Translations under genes and position numbers: made by a program
The notes under the pieces: generated by a model
What the model saw: only the letters and a program-made list of their open reading frames with translations
Told to the model about the DNA's origin: nothing
The model's database searches: none
NCBI GenBank assembly: GCA_016186715.1
Contig: JACPLA010000102.1
Coordinates: forward strand, 15,631-79,630
DNA length: 64,000 bases
Origin: Ignavibacteriales bacterium
GTDB taxonomy: Bacteria > Bacteroidota > Ignavibacteria > UBA10030
Direction: 5' to 3'
Shown: positions 38,219-47,380 of the stretch, one piece after another
Numbering within the stretch: the first letter of the stretch is position 1
Layout of the letters: each line of letters begins with the position of its first letter

Positions 38219-38898
38219 TTCTTTTTCCTCCCCGCTCGCGGATGCCGCGCCCCGCCGACTCTTAGCCGGTTCGAAAGTTCATTCCGGTCATCCGTTCTCC
38301 GTCTCACCCCCTTCCTTTTCAGAAGCACCCCACACTGTAGAATGGCATCGATCAGACCATCCGCCGGTCTGCCGCTGTTGATTCCCCCGACCACGCGCGC
38401 AACGACATCCTCCCATTCCGACTGTTTGACCCTTCTATTGATGCCGGAATCGCCAACGACAAGAACTTTTTGTTCAAGAAAACTCACAAAGAGAAGAATC
38501 CCCGTCCGATCACGCGTATTGAAGACTTCCTCTGCAATAAATGCCTGCGCCGCGCGCTGCGCCACGCGTTGCTCCAGCAAAGTGTTCCCCGCAAGCAGAC
38601 GTCTCAACAGGGGAGAGGAGCGAACAAGCATCATTCCAAGCCCCGTGCCTCCAAGAAGAATAATGCCGATTTCTGTCGGTCCCACACCGTGCCACGTTTC
38701 GCCGAACAGGTGTATGGCTGCAATCAGCACCAGCGCAAGTCCGCCAAGAATGCCTCCTCCCCTCCAGATTGCTTCCTCGTATCCATCGCTCTGTTCCACA
38801 AAGTAAGGAACGATCTCACCCGACGTTTTTCTTTCGGCCTGACGCACGGCCTGAGCAATGCGATCAAGGTCGGAGGGACCAAAGTATCGTTGTGTCAT
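38215..38898 (-). CDS. TPM-domain protein (second, YgcF-like), membrane-associated
   Basis: GEIVPYFVEQSDGYEEA… plus a TM helix, then …ILLFVSFLEQKVLVVGDSG. It overlaps its downstream partner by 4 nt. Confidence 0.6.
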   Translation of the reverse strand: MTQRYFGPSDLDRIAQAVRQAERKTSGEIVPYFVEQSDGYEEAIWRGGGILGGLALVLIAAIHLFGETWHGVGPTEIGIILLGGTGLGMMLVRSSPLLRRLLAGNTLLEQRVAQRAAQAFIAEEVFNTRDRTGILLFVSFLEQKVLVVGDSGINRRVKQSEWEDVVARVVGGINSGRPADGLIDAILQCGVLLKRKGVRRRTDDRNELSNRLRVGGARHPRAGRKKK

Positions 38899-39041
38899 GA
38901 GTTCCTCAAGTGAGTGATGGGAACGGACTTGGGGAGTAAAGAAACTGAGAATTCATGGAAAAGACAAGCGCGCTCGAGGTTCTCGCCGCGCGAACGCCTT
39001 GACGCCGCCTAACCTCTACATTCATGATTCAGCATTCTAGA

Positions 39042-39066
39042 TTCGATATTTCAACAGAATATCGAA
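39042..39066. promoter_or_regulatory. Perfect inverted repeat TTCGATATT-N7-AATATCGAA, plus a third ATCGAA copy at about 39074, in the divergent intergenic region
   Basis: Read directly from the sequence. It lies between the TPM operon start (38898, - strand) and the dehydrogenase start (39259, + strand). Confidence 0.4.
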
Positions 39067-39258
39067 TACTGAACATCGAATGTAGAATGATGAAGGGGGA
39101 TTGGGTCGCAATGACATGAGGTCCTTGTCGCTTCCGGCTGAGATCGCTATATTAGTGTATGCAAACAAGTATCGCTTCGCGCTCTTTGCGACTTCCTTAC
39201 GGGCTTTGCGTTTAAAAAAACACGGCGACTTTGGAAAAAAGATTCTTAAGGATAATCA

Positions 39259-40137
39259 ATGAAACAGAAGATTGGTTTTATTGGGTTGGGATTGATGGGA
39301 TTTGCGATGGCCCGGCGCTTGCAACAGACAGGTTATCCGCTCGTCGTTTACAACAGGACAGCCAAAAAAGCACGGGAGCTGGTCAAAGCCGGGGCGTCGT
39401 TGGAAAAGAGCCCGGCCGGCGTGGCTGAACACGCTGATCTTGTTTTCTCCGCGGTTTCAACATCGGATGTTTTGCGTGAAGTTGCTCTCGGAGAGAAGGG
39501 TATTCTCTCGGGCTTAAGAGAAGACGCGATCCATGTCGACTGCAGCACAGTTTCCCCGGCGCTCACCAGCGAACTCGCCCGCAAATATTCAGAATCCAGA
39601 CGGTGGTTTCTTCATTGCCCGGTCCTTGGGAGTGTACCTCAGGCAAGCGAAGGATCGCTCTTGATGCTGGCAGGCGGAGACCCCCGGGCATTGGAAAGAG
39701 CTACAGAGCTGCTCAAGGTGCTTGGCAACAAAGTGTGGAAGTTTGACCGTGTCGACCAGGCTTCCCATGCAAAACTCCTCTGTAATTCCTTCATTGCCGG
39801 AATGATTGTGACGTTAGCTCAAGCGATTGCTTTTGCAGGGCGTGTTGGTGTTTCCCCGGAAACGATTCTGGAAATCATCGGAAATTCCACCTTGAACGCG
39901 CCGACGTATCAAACAAAAGGGAGGTCGATCATCGGCCGAAATTTTACACCTCGCTTTTATACGGAGCATATGCTCAAAGACATAAATCTGATCGTTGACT
40001 CAGCTCGCCGCGCCGGCAGTTCCGTTCCAGGAATTCAAGTCGCCCAACAACTGTTCTCACAAGCAGTCCGGCTTGGGTACGGAAAGGAGGACTATTCTTC
40101 GATCATAAAGGTATTAGAGCTACAAAATCCCCTTTAA
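39259..40137 (+). CDS. NAD(P)-dependent 3-hydroxyacid dehydrogenase family oxidoreductase (HIBADH/6PGDH-NAD-binding type)
   Basis: MKQKIGFIGLGLMGFAMARRL is a Rossmann fold, over a 292-aa length. An AAGGA RBS lies 6 nt upstream. Confidence 0.8.
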   Translation: MKQKIGFIGLGLMGFAMARRLQQTGYPLVVYNRTAKKARELVKAGASLEKSPAGVAEHADLVFSAVSTSDVLREVALGEKGILSGLREDAIHVDCSTVSPALTSELARKYSESRRWFLHCPVLGSVPQASEGSLLMLAGGDPRALERATELLKVLGNKVWKFDRVDQASHAKLLCNSFIAGMIVTLAQAIAFAGRVGVSPETILEIIGNSTLNAPTYQTKGRSIIGRNFTPRFYTEHMLKDINLIVDSARRAGSSVPGIQVAQQLFSQAVRLGYGKEDYSSIIKVLELQNPL

Positions 40138-40227
40138 CGGCCAGGGAATTTTGCCGCTCCATCTGAAGCATCCCTTCCTGGAATTCTGGCTTTTTCATTA
40201 GAAAGCGGGGAATTTTACACCCTCAAC

Positions 40228-40256
40228 TTATCCACAAGCAAACAGAATTATCCACA
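40228..40256 (+). promoter_or_regulatory. Two perfect consensus DnaA boxes (TTATCCACA at 40228-40236 and 40248-40256), direct orientation
   Basis: An exact 9-mer match to the E. coli DnaA box consensus, occurring twice with 20-bp spacing, about 150 bp upstream of mraZ. Confidence 0.5.
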
Positions 40257-40290
40257 CGCCGCAAACCCCTTTGTTTATTGATCTTTTCGC

Positions 40291-40318
40291 TTGACTTTAA
40301 AGCACATTTGTCTAAATT
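40291..40318 (+). promoter_or_regulatory. Candidate sigma70-type Pmra promoter (TTGACT-16 bp-TAAATT)
   Basis: Sequence motifs with appropriate spacing, located between the DnaA boxes and the GTGGGG repeats. Confidence 0.4.
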
Positions 40319-40328
40319 GCAAAGCCGT

Positions 40329-40354
40329 GTGGGGAAAAGTGGGGAAGATGGGTG
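40329..40354 (+). promoter_or_regulatory. MraZ-type operator: three direct repeats with 10-bp period (GTGGGGaaaaGTGGGGaagaTGGGTG)
   Basis: It matches the established MraZ binding architecture (three GTGGG-type repeats on the same helix face downstream of Pmra), about 55 bp upstream of the mraZ ATG. Confidence 0.6.
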
Positions 40355-40408
40355 AGGTGTCTTTAGTCCAATAAAATCAATTACTTCCAGAGGCCTTTCT
40401 ACGACCTC

Positions 40409-40858
40409 ATGTCGTCCTTCAAGGGAAGATACTCGTACGCTGTGGACAACAAAGGGCGAATAGCGCTCCCCGCAAAACTCCGAAAGAGCGTCCAGCCCGC
40501 GGCAAACGACATGTTCATCATTACCCGCGGCTTTGAACAGTGTCTGTTTCTCTACCCGCAGGATGAATGGAACCGCCTCGAGGATTCGATCCGTAACCTC
40601 TCCCCTTCAAATCCCCAGCATCGGTTCTTTGTCCGCACGTTGCTGCAGTGGTCCAGTGACTGTCAACTGGACAGTCAGGCCCGCATCTCCGTTCCCCAAG
40701 AACTGCTGAAATTCGCGGGTATCGAAAATGAAGTGTTTATCCTTGGGGTTTTAGAGCGGATCGAAATCTGGAATCCCAAGACCTATGAAGAGTACATGAA
40801 CAATCAGCCCGCGACCTATGAAACGGTCGCAGAGGCGGTTCTCAAACCGAATGCATGA
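40409..40858 (+). CDS. mraZ: Transcriptional regulator MraZ
   Basis: MSSFKGRYSYAVDNKGRIALP… with a duplicated SpoVT/AbrB-like half; first gene of the dcw cluster. Confidence 0.9.
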   Translation: MSSFKGRYSYAVDNKGRIALPAKLRKSVQPAANDMFIITRGFEQCLFLYPQDEWNRLEDSIRNLSPSNPQHRFFVRTLLQWSSDCQLDSQARISVPQELLKFAGIENEVFILGVLERIEIWNPKTYEEYMNNQPATYETVAEAVLKPNA

Positions 40859-40861
40859 GCG

Positions 40862-41794
40862 TTGTCTTCGGTTCCCTATCATACGCCTGTCTTGCTTGAT
40901 GAGGCTCTCTCGTTCCTCCTCTCCGCGCCCCCTGGCACCTTCGTCGACGCAACACTGGGCGGAGGCGGACACGCAGAAGCTTTGCTGAATCTCCTCGGGC
41001 CCACAGCGCGATTGATTGGGCTTGATGCCGATGCGGATGCGATCAACGCGGCCACCGCGCGTCTTCAGTACTTTGGCGACCGCTTTGTCGCCGTTCGCGA
41101 AAACTTCGACAACCTTCAATCGGTTCTGGCCGACCTGGGTGTGCCGGCGTTGTCCGGAATTCTCTTTGATCTCGGTGTTTCATCGTCGCAGTTCGATCAA
41201 CCCGAGAAAGGTTTCAGCTTCCGCCTCGATGAGAGGCTCGACATGCGGATGAACCAAACACAATCGCTGGACGCGCAGACAGTGCTGAATACCTACTCCG
41301 CGGAAGAACTCGAAGAAATTTTCCGGAAATATGGAGAGGAACGCAGCGCCCGGCGCATTGCAAAGACCGTCATCCAGCGACGCAAGACGAAGAAGATCCA
41401 AACGTCAAAAGACCTCGTCTCCGTTGTCGAGAGCATCGTGGGAGATCGTCACCGGGTGAAATCGCTTGCTCGCATCTTCCAGGCCGTGCGGATCGAGGTG
41501 AACAATGAGCTTGAACGCCTGGATCGCGCGCTTCGTCAGGCACTCAACGCCCTTCAGCCGGGGGGCAGAGTTGCCGTCATTTCCTATCATTCGCTGGAAG
41601 ACCGAATTGTGAAAGCGGTGTTCAAGGGTGCGGCCGCGACTTCCCTGCCCTCGGGAACGAAACTCCTTCCCGACAAACCAATTCAGCCGTCAATCGAGCT
41701 TCTGACGCGAAAGCCGGTCAAACCGTCCGCTGAGGAAATACGGCGGAATCCAAGATCACGCAGCGCAAAACTCCGGGCCGCCCGGAAACTGTGA
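40862..41794 (+). CDS. rsmH: 16S rRNA (cytosine1402-N4)-methyltransferase
   Basis: YHTPVLLDEAL…DATLGGGGHAEALL…FDLGVSSSQFD are RsmH/MraW motifs. It has a TTG start. Confidence 0.9.
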   Translation: MSSVPYHTPVLLDEALSFLLSAPPGTFVDATLGGGGHAEALLNLLGPTARLIGLDADADAINAATARLQYFGDRFVAVRENFDNLQSVLADLGVPALSGILFDLGVSSSQFDQPEKGFSFRLDERLDMRMNQTQSLDAQTVLNTYSAEELEEIFRKYGEERSARRIAKTVIQRRKTKKIQTSKDLVSVVESIVGDRHRVKSLARIFQAVRIEVNNELERLDRALRQALNALQPGGRVAVISYHSLEDRIVKAVFKGAAATSLPSGTKLLPDKPIQPSIELLTRKPVKPSAEEIRRNPRSRSAKLRAARKL

Positions 41795-41795
41795 C

Positions 41796-42254
41796 ATGAG
41801 ATCTGTGAACCACGAGAACATCGCTCCGGCGGTCGAAGGCTGGAAGCCGGATACCGACAGGCCGCCGGTCTATCCCGGAACAGCGACACCGCGGAGGCCG
41901 GGCACTCCCTTCGTTGATCGGCCGCGAACAACAAAGAGTAAGCGTCCGTCGTTCTCCCCTTTTAACATCATGCTCCTCCTGATCGGCATGGCGGCGGGCA
42001 TTGTCTTGTATGTCAGCAATATTATTGCAGTCAATCAGCTTCTTCTCGAAATCAACGCTCTTGAAACGGAACATCAGCAAATCCTGATGGATCAGGAGCG
42101 GCTGAAGGCTCAAATCAACAGAATGGCGAGTCTGGAGCGTATTCAGGAAAAAGCTGAAGCAGAGCTGGGTCTGAAAGGACTGGAGGGACCCCCCGTCTGG
42201 ATCGAGGTGGACGCGGAGAAAATCAAGGAACTTGAAGAACATGGTCTTCCCTGA
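41796..42254 (+). CDS. ftsL: Cell division protein FtsL-like (septum formation initiator)
   Basis: A single TM helix followed by a coiled coil (NQLLLEINALETEHQQILMDQERLKAQINRMASLERIQEKAEAELG), in the position between rsmH and ftsI. Confidence 0.6.
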   Translation: MRSVNHENIAPAVEGWKPDTDRPPVYPGTATPRRPGTPFVDRPRTTKSKRPSFSPFNIMLLLIGMAAGIVLYVSNIIAVNQLLLEINALETEHQQILMDQERLKAQINRMASLERIQEKAEAELGLKGLEGPPVWIEVDAEKIKELEEHGLP

Positions 42255-44433
42255 TTCTGTGAAATCGAAGCCGGAAAGGGGAACTCATCTCCCCGATCAG
42301 CCTTCTGGAAGAGGTTTCTCCGGACGCGTGTTCACCCTGAAGCTCTTTCTGATGGTTTCGTTTCTTGTCGTCGCGGGACGCCTTGTTGAAATTCAGATTC
42401 TCCATGCCCCCGAGTATCAGTCCATTGCCAAAAAGCAGTACGAGCAACGGTTTACGCTTCCGGCCGTTCGCGGAAACATCTACGACCGGAATGGCAACGT
42501 TTTGGCTTCGAACACCATGTACGTCTCCTTTGCTGCCGATCCGAAGATTGTGGCCGACCGGGATGATGCAATAGCGGAGAAATTCAGCAGGATTTTCGGA
42601 AGGCCAAAATTGCACTATTTGGCAAAATTTCGTGGTGCGGAGCCGTCGCGAAGGTTCATCTGGCTGGAGCGTCGTGTCAGTCCCGAAATTGCCCGCAAGG
42701 TCGAAGCCGCGAAGTTCGAAGGCGTCGTTGTCATCAATGAACCAAAGCGACTTTATCACTATGATGATCTCGCCGGCGTCCTCATCGGCTTCACCGATAT
42801 CGACAGTCGGGGGATTTCGGGGATTGAGCTTCAGCACGATTCCGATTTACTGGGAATTGCCGGCGCGGTCACCATGCAGCGCGACGGCCTCGGCCGTACA
42901 CGTCCCTCGGCCGACTACCCGTACATCGCTCCGGTCAACGGTCATCATCTCGTCTTGACGATCAATCTGGCGTATCAGGCTATCGTCGAGGAAGAGCTGA
43001 AAAGGGGGGTCGCCCTCAACAAAGCCGACGGCGGTCTCGCCATCATGCTGAATCCGAAAACGGGCGAGATTCTCGCCTTGGCAACCTCGCCGGCGGTGAA
43101 TCCCAACGAATCGGCAACGTACGGTCCGGGGGCGGCAAAGAACCGAATCATTACGGACATGTTTGAGCCCGGCTCCGTGTTCAAAATCGTCACAGCGGGA
43201 GCGGCATATGATCATGACATTCTCTCCCCCGGCAAACGTTTCAATACTGAAGGCGGCGAGTACAAGATTCGGCTCCGTTCGGGTGGCGTACGGCTCATCC
43301 GCGACACACACGAGCACGATGTCTTAACGTTCCAAGAAGGAATCGAACTATCAAGCAATATTGTCATGGCAAAAGCGGTTGAACAAATCGGAGCCGAACG
43401 GTTTTATCGCCAGGCGCGTGATTTCGGCTTTGGCATCCCCACGGGCGTTGATCTTCCGGGCGAGGTCCGGGGGCGCCTGAAAAAGCCTCATGAGTGGTCG
43501 GGAACGTCTCTTCAGGCGATGGCCTACGGGTACGAGGTTGCCGTTACTCCGCTGCAAATCGCGACTGCCTACGCCGCAATCGCCAACAACGGCGTTCTGA
43601 TGAAACCGTTCGTTGTGGCACGCGTTGTAAACGAACGGGGAGATGTGATCTCAGAACAACAGCCTCAAAAAATCCGAACCGTTGTTTCTGTGAAAACCGC
43701 TCGTCTTCTCACCCAGGCATTCGAAGGTGCCGTGGAAAGAGGAACGGCCCTGGAAGTTCGCCTGAACGGACTTCGCATCGCAGGCAAGACGGGCACCGCC
43801 AAACGGATTGTCGATGGTCGTTACGCACCGGGAAGCTATACATCTTCGTTTGTCGGATACTTTCCCGCGGAAGACCCCCAGATTGTGTGTCTTGTCATGA
43901 TGGATAATCCGCGTGCCCGCGGATATTACGGCGGAGCAACCAGCGGACCGGTGTTTCGGGCGATCACCCAACGCGTCATTCATACGTCTGCAAAATTCTC
44001 GAAACCACCCGACGCGGAGCCACGCGACCGCGGCATCATTGCAGTTCCTGATGTCCGGAATGTAAGGACTGTGATCGCGTCCAAGATTCTCCACGGCCTG
44101 CAACTGAGCAGTCAGGTCTTCGGTGAAGGAGACGTTGTCATCCGTCAGTCTCCTCCACCCGGTGCGCGCGTCGAGAAAGGCGATGTGGTGAAGCTCGTTC
44201 TCAATAACGATATCGGCACCGATCGGCAGGGACGCATGGTCGTACCTGATTTGCGCGGCATGAGCATGCGGCGTGCCATGAATCGTTTGGTCGCGGAGGA
44301 ATTCGAAGTTGAGTTCGAAGGATCCGGTGTCGTCTCCCGGCAGTTACCGCGACCCGGAGAACGAGTTCCCCCCGGAACCAGAATCCGGGTTGTCTGTGAA
44401 CCCCGTGGCACGGCTCCGGCGGCCCTCTATTAA
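42241..44433 (+). CDS. ftsI: Peptidoglycan D,D-transpeptidase FtsI (PBP3) with two C-terminal PASTA domains
   Basis: A TM helix, the PBP dimerisation domain, the transpeptidase domain (SVFK, SSN, KTGTA), then two about 60-aa PASTA-like repeats (VPDVRNVRTV…VVKLVL and VPDLRGMSMRRA…RIRVVC). The start is at the ATG; the ORF-track start is TTG. Confidence 0.85.
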   Translation: MVFPDSVKSKPERGTHLPDQPSGRGFSGRVFTLKLFLMVSFLVVAGRLVEIQILHAPEYQSIAKKQYEQRFTLPAVRGNIYDRNGNVLASNTMYVSFAADPKIVADRDDAIAEKFSRIFGRPKLHYLAKFRGAEPSRRFIWLERRVSPEIARKVEAAKFEGVVVINEPKRLYHYDDLAGVLIGFTDIDSRGISGIELQHDSDLLGIAGAVTMQRDGLGRTRPSADYPYIAPVNGHHLVLTINLAYQAIVEEELKRGVALNKADGGLAIMLNPKTGEILALATSPAVNPNESATYGPGAAKNRIITDMFEPGSVFKIVTAGAAYDHDILSPGKRFNTEGGEYKIRLRSGGVRLIRDTHEHDVLTFQEGIELSSNIVMAKAVEQIGAERFYRQARDFGFGIPTGVDLPGEVRGRLKKPHEWSGTSLQAMAYGYEVAVTPLQIATAYAAIANNGVLMKPFVVARVVNERGDVISEQQPQKIRTVVSVKTARLLTQAFEGAVERGTALEVRLNGLRIAGKTGTAKRIVDGRYAPGSYTSSFVGYFPAEDPQIVCLVMMDNPRARGYYGGATSGPVFRAITQRVIHTSAKFSKPPDAEPRDRGIIAVPDVRNVRTVIASKILHGLQLSSQVFGEGDVVIRQSPPPGARVEKGDVVKLVLNNDIGTDRQGRMVVPDLRGMSMRRAMNRLVAEEFEVEFEGSGVVSRQLPRPGERVPPGTRIRVVCEPRGTAPAALY

Positions 44434-44459
44434 GACGGATTGACGATCGAAGACAATGT

Positions 44460-45965
44460 ATGAAACTCTCACAACTGCTCGAGGGCGTTCCGGTCTCAAA
44501 GATGTTTCAAACCATGTTTGGTCACATGGTGGTCACGCATGAAGTGGAGGTCCATGCACTTCAATACGATTCACGCAAGATCGAGCGGGGAGATTGTTTT
44601 ATTGCAATCCGCGGTGCCGGTGTCGACGGTCATCGTTTTACGCAAGAAGCCATCGCCCAGGGGGCGAAGGTTCTTATTCTTGAAGATGACGCGGCTGTTC
44701 CCGACTCCCTGTGCATGCATCAGGGAGTTGTAAAGGTCGTTGTCCCGGACTCCCGCAGCGCATTGGCCCTTCTGGCTGCGAACTTCTACGATCATCCTTC
44801 GAAAAGAATGAGGATGATCGGAGTGACGGGAACCAACGGGAAAACGACCACAACATACATTATCAAATCAATTCTGGAAGCGTCAGGAGAAAAAGTTGGC
44901 TTGATGGGAACGATCGAATATCAGATGGGGACGGAGACTATTCCGGCAAGCCATACAACTCCGGAATCCCTAGAGTTGAATCAAATGCTTGCCCGGATGG
45001 CGGCCTCCGACTGTTCGACGGTGTCCATGGAGGTTTCTTCCCATGCCCTTCAACAGTCGCGGGTGCATGGAATCAACTATCAAGTCGCCGTTTTCACCAA
45101 CCTGACGCAGGATCACCTGGACTATCACGGATCGATGGAAGAATATTTCAAGGCAAAAAAAGGGCTGTTTGACAATCTCTCCCGGGATGCGTGGACGATC
45201 ACAAATCGTGACGACGATTGGGGAAGGGCAATCTTTGCATCGACGAAAAGCAGGACGATGTCGTACGGGTACGAATCAGAATCTGACGTCAGGGTTGCCG
45301 CGGCGGATTTGAGCATCAACGGCACTTCTCTTGCCATCGATTATCGGGGCGACACGCTGAATTTCCGCTTGCCTCTTGTAGGCAGGTTCAATGTCTACAA
45401 CACGCTTGCTGCGATCTCTGTGGGGCTTGCCCTTGACTTGCCTGTAGACAGCATCCGCCAGGGGATCGCTCGTCTCACAACTGTCAAAGGCCGCTTTGAA
45501 CGCCTTTCCACTCCGCAGGGCTGGACTGTGATCATCGACTACGCCCATACCCCCGACGCTCTGGAGAAATGTCTGCGCACAATCCACGACATCCTCCCGA
45601 AAAGCAGTCGTGGAAGAATCGTGACCGTGTTCGGGGCTGGCGGGGATCGCGATAAATCGAAACGTCCACTCATGGGCCGCATCGTTAGCGAACTCAGCGA
45701 TGAATGCGTTGTGACCTCGGATAATCCCAGGAGTGAGGACCCACAAGCAATCATTGACGACATCGTCCGCGGAATTGAATCGCGAGCCGTCAGAACGGAA
45801 GTAGACCGTCGGACAGCCATCGAATATGCGCTCCAAAAAGCAACCTCCGGGGACGTGATTGTCATCGCGGGTAAGGGACATGAAGAATATCAGGTGATTC
45901 GAACTGAACGAATTCATTTCAGCGACCGCGAAGTTGTGGAAGCGTATCTCCGGTCAATCTCATGA
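44460..45965 (+). CDS. murE: UDP-N-acetylmuramoyl-L-alanyl-D-glutamate--2,6-diaminopimelate ligase
   Basis: Mur ligase motifs (GVTGTNGKTTT) and the DNPR motif (VVTSDNPRSEDP) that specifies meso-DAP. Confidence 0.9.
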   Translation: MKLSQLLEGVPVSKMFQTMFGHMVVTHEVEVHALQYDSRKIERGDCFIAIRGAGVDGHRFTQEAIAQGAKVLILEDDAAVPDSLCMHQGVVKVVVPDSRSALALLAANFYDHPSKRMRMIGVTGTNGKTTTTYIIKSILEASGEKVGLMGTIEYQMGTETIPASHTTPESLELNQMLARMAASDCSTVSMEVSSHALQQSRVHGINYQVAVFTNLTQDHLDYHGSMEEYFKAKKGLFDNLSRDAWTITNRDDDWGRAIFASTKSRTMSYGYESESDVRVAAADLSINGTSLAIDYRGDTLNFRLPLVGRFNVYNTLAAISVGLALDLPVDSIRQGIARLTTVKGRFERLSTPQGWTVIIDYAHTPDALEKCLRTIHDILPKSSRGRIVTVFGAGGDRDKSKRPLMGRIVSELSDECVVTSDNPRSEDPQAIIDDIVRGIESRAVRTEVDRRTAIEYALQKATSGDVIVIAGKGHEEYQVIRTERIHFSDREVVEAYLRSIS

Positions 45966-47377
45966 AACTCTCTGCTCGTGACATCCTGGCTATTACTCAT
46001 CTCCGTGCCGTCGATTTCGGCACAGGGAAATCCTTGATGGTAACCGGGGTTTCAATCGACACCCGCATTCTCCGCCGGGGAGACCTTTTCTTTGCCATCA
46101 AAGGCACAACCTACGACGGACATAACTTCTTGACAAAGGCGATCGAAGCCGGAGCCTCGGCAGCCATTCTCGAGAACCGATGGGTGCAGTTGAATGAGGC
46201 CTTTCTGTTGAGCCTCCCCATCCCGTATCTTGTCGTTGAAGATTCGACACGCGCCCTGGGAGAGCTGGCTGCGTGGTACCGGAGAAAATTCCGGATTCCG
46301 GTACTCGCAATTGGCGGAAGCAATGGAAAAACAACAACCAAGGAAATGATCCGAAGAGTCCTTGAAACGAAATATTCCGTGCTGGCCACCGAAGGAAATC
46401 TCAACAACCACATCGGCGTTCCGCTGACCATCTTCCGTCTGGAGAAAAAGCACCAGGTCGCCGTCATCGAGGTGGGCACCAACCACAGGGGCGAAATTGA
46501 CTACTTGTGCGGGGTACTGGAGCCAACGCACGGTTTGATCACGAATATCGGCCAGGAGCACCTGGAATTTTTCAACACGGTGAGCGGCGTGGCAAAAGCC
46601 GAAGGCGAATTATTCGATTGGATTGCGACACATCGGTCTGGCAACGGCTGGTTGTTTCTCAACAGCGATGACCGCCATCTTGCAAAACGCCGAAAGAAGC
46701 TCAGGAACATTGTCAACTACGGATTCAAGATTCCCAACGCCGTGTTCCGGGGATCGGCCATCAGTACTGAAAGCAACGGGAACACACGATTCCGTGTGAA
46801 ACCCCGGGGGAAAAGCCCGATTGAAATCACTCTTTCGGTTCCCGGCATTCATAATGCGTATAACGCCCTCGCCGCGACTGCTGTCGGGTTGACGCTCAAA
46901 GTGCCGGCGGCAAAAATTCAGAGGGCCCTTTTGTCGTTTGCTCCGACCGGAAAACGGATGGAGGTTCTTTCGATCGACGGAGTCACTGTCCTGAACGACA
47001 CCTACAATTCGAATCCGGAATCAGTCATTGCAGCGCTGCAGACACTCAAGTCGATCAGGACTCCTGGGAAGAAAATTGCCGTTCTGGCCGACATGCTCGA
47101 GCTCGGCCTCGCCAGTGAAGCACTGCACAAGTCCGTCGCAAGACAGGTTGAATCGTCAAAGGTGGAATATCTTCTGACGTACGGTCCTCTCTCCAGGCAT
47201 ACTTCGGAAGCCGCCAGCGTCAAATTCAAAGTCCATTACGATCAGAAGAATATGCTGTCCGAATACCTTATTGAGCTGTTAACGCCGGGTGATGTCGTCT
47301 TAATCAAGGGCTCCCGCGGCATGAAGATGGAAGATGTTGTGACGTTCATCCAAGAGCGTCTTTCAAAAGCTGCCTAG
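45962..47377 (+). CDS. murF: UDP-MurNAc-tripeptide--D-alanyl-D-alanine ligase
   Basis: IGGSNGKTTTKEM… Mur ligase fold, overlapping murE by 4 nt. Confidence 0.9.
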   Translation: MKLSARDILAITHLRAVDFGTGKSLMVTGVSIDTRILRRGDLFFAIKGTTYDGHNFLTKAIEAGASAAILENRWVQLNEAFLLSLPIPYLVVEDSTRALGELAAWYRRKFRIPVLAIGGSNGKTTTKEMIRRVLETKYSVLATEGNLNNHIGVPLTIFRLEKKHQVAVIEVGTNHRGEIDYLCGVLEPTHGLITNIGQEHLEFFNTVSGVAKAEGELFDWIATHRSGNGWLFLNSDDRHLAKRRKKLRNIVNYGFKIPNAVFRGSAISTESNGNTRFRVKPRGKSPIEITLSVPGIHNAYNALAATAVGLTLKVPAAKIQRALLSFAPTGKRMEVLSIDGVTVLNDTYNSNPESVIAALQTLKSIRTPGKKIAVLADMLELGLASEALHKSVARQVESSKVEYLLTYGPLSRHTSEAASVKFKVHYDQKNMLSEYLIELLTPGDVVLIKGSRGMKMEDVVTFIQERLSKAA

Positions 47378-47380
47378 GCA

